The notes under the pieces are model-generated. The model was not told where the DNA came from, made no database searches, and worked only from the letters and a program-made list of their open reading frames with translations. The position numbers were made by a program, and so were the translations under genes. Below are positions 42,297 through 52,600 of a stretch of DNA of 53,048 nucleotides, one piece after another; the stretch's first letter is position 1, and each line of letters begins with the position of its first letter. The stretch lies in assembly GCA_016839815.1 (NCBI GenBank), contig JAEOTM010000089.1, forward strand, positions 1 to 53,048. Direction: 5' to 3'. The DNA comes from Candidatus Hodarchaeota archaeon. Its GTDB lineage: Archaea; Asgardarchaeota; Heimdallarchaeia; Hodarchaeales; Hodarchaeaceae.

Positions 42297-43100
42297 ATGT
42301 TTGAAGTCAACAATCTTGGTGTAAAGTACTCGGGTTCAACCAGTTGGGCATTAGAGGATATATCCTTTCTAGCCAAACAAGGGGAGATCACACTCATAAC
42401 TGGTCCTAGCGGGGCAGGAAAGAGTACTTTGGCTCAGACTATGATGACTCTAATTCCAAAGTTTACTTCAGGCGCACTGACTGGAGAAATTCTTATTGAT
42501 AATATGAACATTCAATCTTTTCACCGATCAGAGCTTATAAAATTCTGCGGGTACGTTCCTCAATACCCAGCTGATTTTGTAACAACTTTAGCTGTTGAAG
42601 AGGAAGTGGCATCAATTCTAGAAAATTTGGGACTGGTACCCGAGGAAATCAATTCACGACTAGATGAAATTTTTCCGCTCCTTGAAATCAATCATTTAAG
42701 AGGAAAACTTCAAACTGAATTAAGCTCGGGAGAATTACAACGAGTTGCCATTGCAACAGCCATCGCGCCTAATATTCCAATCCTAATACTTGATGAACCC
42801 ATGGCCCGAATCGACTTAAAATCAGAAGTCTTACTAGTAGAGCTACTGGTAAAACTCGCACAGGAGGGTAGAACTGTTATTGTTTTTGAACATAGACTTG
42901 AATATTTATTAGGGGTGTCCCATCAGGTCATTCTAATGGAAAACGGGAGGATTAAAGCACAGGGAAGCCCAAAAGACATAATTAATGACCTTTTACTCGT
43001 TGATCCTCCAGAAATATCTCAGCTTCAAGTTAAAGATTCCCCCATCATTCCAGTTTCTCTTCATGAGGCTCAGAAGCTCTTGGAAAAGCACTTATTGTAA
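42297..43100 (+). CDS. ECF transporter ATPase (EcfA)
   Basis: GPSGAGKST, YVPQYP, LSSGELQR, ILDEP and FEHR. Confidence 0.92.
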   Translation: MFEVNNLGVKYSGSTSWALEDISFLAKQGEITLITGPSGAGKSTLAQTMMTLIPKFTSGALTGEILIDNMNIQSFHRSELIKFCGYVPQYPADFVTTLAVEEEVASILENLGLVPEEINSRLDEIFPLLEINHLRGKLQTELSSGELQRVAIATAIAPNIPILILDEPMARIDLKSEVLLVELLVKLAQEGRTVIVFEHRLEYLLGVSHQVILMENGRIKAQGSPKDIINDLLLVDPPEISQLQVKDSPIIPVSLHEAQKLLEKHLL

Positions 43101-43114
43101 GGGGAAGATTAAAA

Positions 43115-43906
43115 ATGGACATTCAGTTATCAAATCTTCATTATAGGTATTCCTCTAAAGCAGTGGAAATCTTCCATTCGTTATCTTGGTTTAGCTCAAC
43201 ACCAGAGGTTATAGGAATATTGGGGGTGAATGGGTGCGGAAAATCAACACTTCTTAGGTTGATTGGGGGATTACTCACGCCTACATCTGGTGAAATTCGT
43301 ATCAACGGAAAATCTATTACGAATATTGCATCAGCAATGAAATTCCTCTGTCTGGTTCCAGAGAATGCAAAACTGTTTCTCCTAGGCCCAACTTTACGCA
43401 AAGAAATCTCCAGATTAGAATTACCAGAAGAAGAAGGAACAACTCTTCTTGAAAATTCAGGTCTCCTTCATCTTGCAGAAAAGAAGATTTATGCATTAAG
43501 TGAAGGACAACGGAGATTAGCGGCCATTTGGCTAGCATTCCAACTTAATAGGCAAATTATTCTGCTTGATGAACCAACTATTGGGATGGACTCCCAAGGA
43601 AAGATTATTTTCTCACAATTATTGCAAAGTGCTGTATCTTCAGGAAAGACTGTCATTATTGCTAGCAATGATTCCCGTATCTTACCTCTATTTGATAGAA
43701 TTGCTGTAATCCAAGATAATGGTATTAAATTAGATGGTTCACCAAAAGACGTGCTTTATAAGCTAGAAGCTACAACTCAGTTAATTCCTAACCAAGTCGT
43801 TCGTTTAATTACAGCCATAAATCGTCTAGGCGCGGATATTCCTCATTATACAAATATCAATCAACTAAATAACTATCTGACACAGGTTTCAGGGAGGGAT
43901 CGCTAA
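43115..43906 (+). CDS. ECF transporter ATPase (EcfA'), partly degenerate
   Basis: GVNGCGKST, LSEGQRR and LLDEPTIGMD. The Q-loop reads VPEN and the H-loop reads IASND. Confidence 0.9.
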   Translation: MDIQLSNLHYRYSSKAVEIFHSLSWFSSTPEVIGILGVNGCGKSTLLRLIGGLLTPTSGEIRINGKSITNIASAMKFLCLVPENAKLFLLGPTLRKEISRLELPEEEGTTLLENSGLLHLAEKKIYALSEGQRRLAAIWLAFQLNRQIILLDEPTIGMDSQGKIIFSQLLQSAVSSGKTVIIASNDSRILPLFDRIAVIQDNGIKLDGSPKDVLYKLEATTQLIPNQVVRLITAINRLGADIPHYTNINQLNNYLTQVSGRDR

Positions 43907-44625
43907 TTCCAGGAATCCTCGATAGACTCTATCAAGGGTTAGTATTTCGTCCTGATTCGACAAATTTCCACCCGCTATCAGGTATGCTGATACTTCTCAT
44001 TCAATTTGTGCTTTTACTAATACTAAAGCCCGTCCCATTGGCACTTTTAACAGCTTTTATCCTCATCGAATTTTTCCTGGTAGGAGGAATACGAGCAATA
44101 GTCAATCTCTTATGGGGAATAGCTCCCTTGATTATATTTTTAGCAGGCACAACATGGCTTTTTTCTGGATTAACTCCAGCACTTGGAGTATTTTTACGGA
44201 TAGTAAGTGGAGCTCTTGGATTTTCCTTCTATATTTCATTTACTAATCCTTCAGATTTAACCCGAATCTTGGAATCGTTCCGAATCCCTCCCCGTTGGGC
44301 TATCATTCCCTCACTAACTCTGACGTTCGTTCCCAGAGTGTTAAAAGATACTCAAGAAACATTGGAGACTCTCACATTACGAGGTGAAATTGGAGGAAAG
44401 TTGAGAATCCTCATTTGGCTACCCAAAGCATTAGCTATCATTATTGCATCCAGTCTTTATCGCTCGGAATTTTTGGCCCAAGCATTATATTTTCGTGGTT
44501 TTGGTCTCTCCTCTCGGACTCACTATCGTAAAGTGATATTTCAAAGAATAGATCTTCTACGAACAATAATCTGGACTTGTGTCTTATTTTTATTGACAGA
44601 AAATCTACTTGTGTCTTTTAGTTAA
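43906..44625 (+). CDS. ECF transporter transmembrane component (EcfT/CbiQ)
   Basis: TNPSDL...RIP, FVPRVL, TLRG and ALYFRGF. The frame extends upstream of ATG 43984 through GLVFRP...FHPLS to a probable ATT start at 43906 behind GGAGG. Confidence 0.85.
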   Translation: MPGILDRLYQGLVFRPDSTNFHPLSGMLILLIQFVLLLILKPVPLALLTAFILIEFFLVGGIRAIVNLLWGIAPLIIFLAGTTWLFSGLTPALGVFLRIVSGALGFSFYISFTNPSDLTRILESFRIPPRWAIIPSLTLTFVPRVLKDTQETLETLTLRGEIGGKLRILIWLPKALAIIIASSLYRSEFLAQALYFRGFGLSSRTHYRKVIFQRIDLLRTIIWTCVLFLLTENLLVSFS

Positions 44626-45280
44626 GCTGTATGAACACAACTCGCTCCTTGAATATACGAATATGCGCATAGCACCCCATATTGATAGCCATTACTGGAA
44701 AATGACTATCAGTAAATTTCTTACCCAATAATAATGATTGAATAATAAAAAATGATCCTCCATGTCCAACTAATGCGATCTGATACTCCTTCCCATCTCT
44801 TTTCAAGGCAAGTAGTTTCTCAAACCCCGAAGACACCCGATTCCAGAAAATTTGAAGACTCTCACCTTGGGGGAAGGCAAATTCTTTATGGGTGTTTAAC
44901 AGCCTAGCTACAAGTGGTTCATGTCTTCCTACTTTATCCATAGGAAAGAATTTTGGATAAGAGGGATCTTCCTTAATTTCTGATTTAATTTTTCCAGCCC
45001 ATATACCAAGATCAATTTCTGCTAACCATTCCTGTTCACTGAATACAGGTTTGTCCTCAAGTGCTTCATGAATGTACATAGCTGTTTGTTTGGTCCGAAG
45101 AAAAGGGCTGACAATAAATTCCGAAAACCTCTGAGTACGCAATTCTTCAGCAGTCGTTTTTGCTTGAATTATTCCTTCTTCACTCAAAGGTGAGGTAGGA
45201 GAAGTCCAATGCTCAGGTGGATTCTCTGGTTGTGCATGTCGGATTAAGAAGAGATCAATTTCTAAATTTCTTAGATCCAA
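44618..45280 (-). CDS. Histidine phosphatase (phosphoglycerate mutase-like) family protein
   Basis: LIRHAQ, SPFLRTKQTA, LAEIDLGIWAG, GES and VGHGG. TTG start behind GGTGA. Confidence 0.9.
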   Translation of the reverse strand: MDLRNLEIDLFLIRHAQPENPPEHWTSPTSPLSEEGIIQAKTTAEELRTQRFSEFIVSPFLRTKQTAMYIHEALEDKPVFSEQEWLAEIDLGIWAGKIKSEIKEDPSYPKFFPMDKVGRHEPLVARLLNTHKEFAFPQGESLQIFWNRVSSGFEKLLALKRDGKEYQIALVGHGGSFFIIQSLLLGKKFTDSHFPVMAINMGCYAHIRIFKERVVFIQLN

Positions 45281-45326
45281 AGCAGTGTCACCCTAAAAAA
45301 GGAAAATAGGAAGGAAGAAAATTCCC

Positions 45327-46433
45327 TTAAAGTTTGGATGCCTGACCGTAACTATTAAACGCCTTCAAGAACATTAGTGCACTAGTATATGCGGTAGAGG
45401 CCAAAGCATGTTCAGTAGTCTCGTTAACTGCATAGAGGTCATCAAAATATTCGATTATAGCCATTTTGCTGTATTTCAAGAAAGTTTCATTAACAGGAAT
45501 ACCTGTTTTGTGATAATTATCACTTGTCCATTTGAAAATAGTGTCAAATAGTTCTGGTTCAAAGATTTTTAGAACATCCCAAGCTACAGTCATCCAATTC
45601 GTTCCAACATTACCTTTTCCGATTACATCTTTAGGGAATCTCTTTGCAATGATATCCAGTGGAGTTCCAGTAATTCCATGTTGAGCAATTTTCACTCCAT
45701 TTGGTTTGATGGCGTTACCAATATCCGAGGTTAGTTGAATATCGATTCCTTCCTGGCGTATTGGATTTCCATGCTCATCATATTGAAATCCATGAACTGA
45801 ACCGTTAGCAATTGCGAGAAAATGTGGATGAACATCTTGCTCTTTTAACGATTCAATGAATGTAGTCGCTTCACTTACAGTGGTCATAACTAGGCCGGTC
45901 TTAGGGTCTTTTTTCCCAATTTCACCAACTTCAACTTCTAATCCGAAGTTTTTATGGCCTATTTTGTCTTCAATGAAATGAGTTACTTCAGTTGTTGCTG
46001 CAATATTCCCAGCCAGACGCTCTTTATCATTAGAACCCGATTCATCATATAGAAAACTTGCATCAATAGCGAATGATGTGTAACCTGCTGCGATTTGGGC
46101 AGAAATTAATTCCTTTACTCCAGGAATGTCATCGAGTTTTCCAACTTTTATATGATCACCGTGAATAGCGTAGTTAGAGTATTTAACCTCAGCTGCTGCT
46201 TCTGTGACAAATTTCCCATATTTGGCTGGAGTAAGGCCTGTATAGCCCCCATTCAAATCTGACTCTGATTTTGCTAATTCAAAGACTATAGGCGAGTTTG
46301 TATCTTTTGCGGCCTGTAAAATTCCTTTAACCACTCCCCTACCAATTCGAGTATTGCACGCCATAATAATACTATTGGTAGGATGAATCTTTTCGTAAAA
46401 AGGTTTTCCCCACATCGGTTTATAATCAGACAT
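45327..46433 (-). CDS. fba: Class II fructose-bisphosphate aldolase
   Basis: IHGDH, GYTSFAIDAS, EVEVGEIG, AIANGSVHG, AQHGITG and KGNVGT. Confidence 0.9.
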   Translation of the reverse strand: MSDYKPMWGKPFYEKIHPTNSIIMACNTRIGRGVVKGILQAAKDTNSPIVFELAKSESDLNGGYTGLTPAKYGKFVTEAAAEVKYSNYAIHGDHIKVGKLDDIPGVKELISAQIAAGYTSFAIDASFLYDESGSNDKERLAGNIAATTEVTHFIEDKIGHKNFGLEVEVGEIGKKDPKTGLVMTTVSEATTFIESLKEQDVHPHFLAIANGSVHGFQYDEHGNPIRQEGIDIQLTSDIGNAIKPNGVKIAQHGITGTPLDIIAKRFPKDVIGKGNVGTNWMTVAWDVLKIFEPELFDTIFKWTSDNYHKTGIPVNETFLKYSKMAIIEYFDDLYAVNETTEHALASTAYTSALMFLKAFNSYGQASKL

Positions 46434-46668
46434 AATATAAAATCCTCAGAATTCCTCTATTTAGACAATTAGATCGTTTTAATGTAGTATTTAAAACTTG
46501 ATTGAGTTGAGAAAATGTATTTCTCACCCATATGAAAATTTACTAATTAGCATTTTCCAAGGTTCACCCTAAAATTTACCCAAAAATATTTTTATTCTAT
46601 CCAAGTTATCTGGGGATCTAATTCTTAGTAACATTCTTTCTTGAGGCGTTGAAGAAGGGAAGAAAAAT

Positions 46669-49600
46669 ATGACTGATACCTTATTAAAAAAGAATCTAGG
46701 TAAGTACATTAGTAAAGCTACCCTAATTTTGTTAATTAGTACGTCTTTTTTCATTGGAATTGGATTAAATAATATAAATCAAACTAAATTAGAAGTTAAA
46801 GGTAAGGATGAAACTGTACTAACTAAGTTAAGGGGTACTTTATTGGATGCGACCCTGAACAATGTTGATTCTTCCATAAATGAAATAGCGCATGAATTAC
46901 CTTCTACTAGTCAATCTAGCACAGGGGAAAATAACATTCATCCTATACCTAGCTATCCTCTACCGAAAATCTCTAATTCAGATACAATTAACATAGCAAT
47001 AGTTGGACCTGATAATTATTCAATCAACCTTATCAGTGATCACTATGAAAGAATTAATGGTACTCTAATTGAAACAGTGGTTCGCGGAAATTCATCAAGC
47101 ACTGAATTTACATTTGAATGGATGAATACATTTGATATGATATTTTTGTTACATGCGGTGGACCTTGGGTGGACTAGGAATGAATTACTGAGTCTAGAGG
47201 ACTATTTCACAAGTGGGGGGATTGTAATAGATATCGGTGGATGGACTGGAAGTTTTACATTTAATCGATACCTAGCAAGACTTGGGATTGAATACCAACA
47301 AGAAAATCCTCTTCCAAATTTTTATACTTCAAATTTCAATTCTATTGAATTTAGCGAACTATTTACGGGAGTGAGCTCGCTAAATTTTGACTATCCTGTT
47401 CCCTTCAAGTTGGCAAACCAATTCACTCCATTAGTGTGGGATCAAACTGATACTTATGCTGTAGCAGGAGTAGTAGAGAGGATTGGCTATTATGTGATGA
47501 TAGGATCCAGTTTTGAATATTATATAGCCAATGGGGATAACAGTATTTTTCTAGATAACTTACTCTCCTTAACTAGTAAGACAAACGAAGGACTATTCCT
47601 TCCTTCTTCAGCAGTACTAGCAAACTCCCAAAATCCTAGTTTTTCATGGATATATAATCTCGAGGGTACTACAGTAGAGAATGTAGATATTTGGGTAGAC
47701 AGCGTTTACCAAGGGAACACAAGTAACTCATGGTACAATTTAAGTAGTCTAAGTGAAGGATCTTATAATCTGACATTAGTGTTAACTGATAATTCAACTC
47801 GCACATTTACTACATCGGAAATTCTTAACGTAGATTTAACTAAACCGGAAGTTATAGATATTTGGCCCACCAATGGAACCGAAATTAATGAAATATACGA
47901 AATTATTCGATGGGTATATGACGATCCCGCTGATATTCTCACAACTCAGTTATTCAGACAGTTACCTGCAACAAATTACTATAATAGGGTTTATGTAGAC
48001 GATTGGTTCCATAATAACTCACATCAAGTATTCAAGGATCGAGGAGAATATAACTATATTTTACGATCCGTAGATTGGTGTGGTAATGTTCTCAATGTTT
48101 CAATAACCTTTACTGTCTATTATTTGGCAGCAGGAATCATTGCATCTCACGGGGAGGTTTCATTATATCGCATCAGGAATATTTACCAATCTAATAATTA
48201 TTACGCTGAAACATTATATTCTGGCAATCCTTTCTCCCCTGAATGGTTACAACGCTTTGATGTTGTATTTATAGGCTATGGGGGATCCGCATGGAGTTCA
48301 GAAGAAATTGTATGGATAAATAACTATATTGAATCGGGAGGATGGGTTGTTTATATTCATAGAGCGTATTATTCCGACGTTTTACTCCCTTGGCTGGAAA
48401 CTGATTATGGCATTATAAGAGAGCATACTGGACCTGGTAATCATTTTACATCTACTTTTGTTCATTCAACACCTTTAACTGAAAATTTATCTCAGATATA
48501 TTTCTATGAAGCCTTTGATACTTGGCAAATACTAGGAGATCTGGCCACACCATTTATTTGGAGTCAAGATGGATCAAATACACTTGGAGCAATAGTAGAA
48601 AGTATGGGAAGACTAATTGCACTTTCAGGAGACATAGCTTATGATGTTTATAGTGCAGATAACCAGCAGTTCTTACTAAATATTATCAACGAAGCAGCAC
48701 TATCTCCAAACGAGGGTGTTGCTTTAGATTATAATTCCTTAGTCTCAAATATCTCAACACCAACTGTAGAATGGATATGGAATCTAGTTAATACTAGTGT
48801 GGATCATTTCGAAGTACTGCTAAATTCTGTATATGTAGGATCTACTAGTAATTCGAACTATACTCTATCGAGCGTTACAGAAGGCGTTCATAACATAACT
48901 ATAATATTGTACACCAACACCTCTACTGTTTATAGTCATAGCCGTGATTTAATTGTTGATTTCACCCCACCAGTCTTTACAGAATCAAATATCGAAAATC
49001 ACTCGGTTCAAATACGATCGGTCTTCGATTTCTACTTTAACGTGTCTGACAATTTTTCATCTTCTATAGAGGACTCAGTATGGTTTAGTGGTGGTGGAAA
49101 CATTACATGGACAAAACTTGACCCGCTTTATGGTCAAGTTCGGGCTTATGAACTACATCTCAATGAAAATGGAGAATATCAACTTAAAATTGTATTAACA
49201 GATGCAGCGGGAAACAAAGGGGTCTATTATATTGATTTCACATTAGATATACCGAGGATTGGGTTTGTTGAAAATCACAACGAAAATAGCCTTAATAATT
49301 TAAAGAACTACTTTAGTAGCAACGGGTATTATCACGAAGTGTTAATTTATGGAAATCAAATAACGAGTAATTGGTTAGAGAGTTTTGATATCGTGTTTAT
49401 AGGCTATGGGGGATTTCCATGGAACTTAGAAGAGTTTGAACTGCTCAATAACTACATTGAATCTGGTGGATGGGTTGTTTATATTCATAGAGCATCTTAT
49501 TCTGATGTTGTACTTCCTTGGTTAGAGAGTGATTATGGAATAGTTAAAGACTCTTCAGGACCTGGTGATCAATACACTTCAACTTTCATTCATTCTATAC

Positions 49601-52600
49601 CATTAACTGAAGGTGTATCTCAACTTTATTTCTATTATACTCACAACTCATGGCAAATACAAGGAGATTTAGCAATTCCATTTATTTGGAGTCAAGATGG
49701 ATTTTACGAAATTGGTGCGATTGTAGAAGCTATGGGAAGTCTAATTGCACTATCAGGTGATATCGATAACTACCTTTATTATACCGATAACCAGCAATTC
49801 ATATCTAATATTATTAGTGAGGCTGTGTCAACTCCAAAGGATGGAATTGCTTTAAAATATACCTCTTTAATTACTAATACCTCTTCACCAACAGTAGAAT
49901 GGATTTGGAACTTAGAAAATTCGTCAGCGGATCATTTTGAAATTTATTTAGACTCTATGTATATTAACTCTACTAACAACAACAATTATACACTTTCAAG
50001 CGTTTCAGAGGGTATTCATAATCTAACAGTTGTGTTGTATACCAACACATCAAGTACCTATAGTCATAGTCGAAATCTAATTGTTGATCTTACTAAACCA
50101 ATCATGACCGAATCAAATATAGAGAATAACTCGGTTATAAGCTATTCGGTGTTTGATTTCTATTTTAATGTATCAGATAACCTATCAACCTATGTGATGA
50201 ATTCAGTATGGTTATCAGGAGGTGGAAATAGTACCTGGACAAAGCTAGATCCATTATATGGTGAGGATAGGAGGTATGAACTACATCTAAATGAAAATGG
50301 TGAATATCAACTAAAAATCATCTTAACGGATGCAGCAGGGAATGCCGGTATTTATCTCCTTTTCTTCACCCTCGATTTTCCACGAATTGGCTTTATACAA
50401 ACTCATGGGGAATACGACTTGAATCATCTAAAGAACTTCTATGCCAATAGAGGAGCCAGCTATGAAGTATTGAACTTTGAAAGTCAAATCACACTATCTT
50501 GGCTAAAACAATTCGATCTTGTGTTTATTGGTGATTCTGGTGATAACTCATGGACTACAGCGGAGTTTGATGCTCTGGATGAATATATGAATGAAGGAGG
50601 ATGGATTGTATGTATACATGGTTACAGTTACAATGCTTTACTCATGGATTGGTTAAATACAAGATATGGAATAATAAGGGATGATTATGGAACTGGAGAT
50701 ACACATACGTCCCTTTTTTCAAGTATCCATCCAATTGTCAAGGACTTAAATCTAGTGTCTCTCGGTTGGACTTATGATAACTGGAATCTCGATAATAGTG
50801 ACGCGGATCCATTAATATTTTCATCCAATGGACAATACATAATTAGTGGGATTTTAGAAGAAATTGGAGGACTTGTTGTATACTGCGGTAGTCTAGGCTA
50901 CTCTAGTACGGTTTATAGCTATGATGGTCCAATTTTTTGGGAAAATTTAGTTAATTACGTGAAATCTCGTCAAATTAATGGTATTAACCTAGATTACAGC
51001 TCATTGTATGCAAATACAAGCTCCCCAGTAATTTCGTGGAATGTCAATCTTGAAAACACGACACTTGATCATATTGACGTATTCGTAGATGAAGTGAATG
51101 TAGGCAGTACGAATGAATCAAGCTTTCAGTTAACAGGATTAACAGAAGGAACATTCAATCTAACTGTCATTCTTTATGATAATGAAACCAATTCGTACAG
51201 TGATATTGAATCGTTGCTTGTAGACTTAACCTCGCCTACTATAAATATTCGTGATCTAGTTAATGGTTCTGTAATTAATTCTAGTCGTATTGCATTTGTA
51301 TGGGATTCAGCTGATGCTTTTTCTGGAGTCCATCAAGAAAAAGTGTACTATCTTGCTCCTGGGAATATTACGTGGACAGAGATATCGATTGACCCCTATC
51401 CAGATCCCTATGGTACAACACATTGTTACCTCAACTTTGTGGAAAGAGGGGAATATCAACTCAAAGTCAGTGTTTGGGATCGAGTAGGAAATAGAAGGGA
51501 CAAAATCATCAGTGTAGTTGTTGACTATTTCAGTATTGGAATCATCCGGACACATGGTGAGGATGAAATCTGGATTCTCGAAAACTATTATGAATATGAA
51601 CGTGGGTATTTAGTTTCATATATTTATGAGGAAATTACCCTTGAGGTGCTAATGAGGTATGATCTCGTATTTATAGGTGAATATGGATATAATTCATGGA
51701 CCACCTCCGAATTAGATGCCCTTACGGATTACGTTACTTCTGGTGGTTGGCTTGTGTATGTCTATCGAAGTGATTATAATGAAATGGTGATTAATTGGCT
51801 TAAAAGTGACTACGGAGTAATTAGAAATGAACAAGGGCCAGGTGATTTCACTACATCAAATTTTCTATCCTCACATCCATTATTCGATGAAATTACTTCA
51901 TTTTATGTGGATGATGCTTACAATTCGTTTTCAGGAGGTATTCCTTTGCTATCAACTGAAAGCGGAGAATTTACTACGGGTGTCCTTGTAGAAGAGTTAG
52001 GTTCTCTAATTGTCCTAAGCCTTGATCCTTATGATTCTTTCAATCAAGATAGCTGGAAAAAGTTCCTAGAGAATCTGATTAGCTTAGCAGCAACAGGTCA
52101 AACTTCTGGTGTAAGTATCAAGTACTCAGGATTGGTAACAAATTCATTAAATCCACATGTTTCATGGAATTATTACTTAGAAAATACTACAGTTGATCAT
52201 TTTGAAATCTTTGTAAATGATGTATATTTTACAAGCACTTCTTCTAGTTATATAGATTTTAGTGATTTGACAGAGGGAATACTTGAAATTACTGTCATTT
52301 TAGTTGATAATTCCTCGACAAACTATTCTGATACAAAAAACCTCATAATTGATATTACTCCTCCAATGATAGTGGATCTTTATCCTTCGGAGAATGAAGC
52401 AATAACATTCACGCATGGTTATATCTCCTGGAATACTACTGATAATTTATCAGGTATAGCATCAACCAAAGTCTATTTACAAAAACCCTTGACTTACACT
52501 TGGGAATCATTATATATTGATATGTATAACCCTAATCAGGTAATTGTACAGTTTGAAATGAGTGGAGAATATAAAATAAAATTCTCATTAGCTGATAGGG

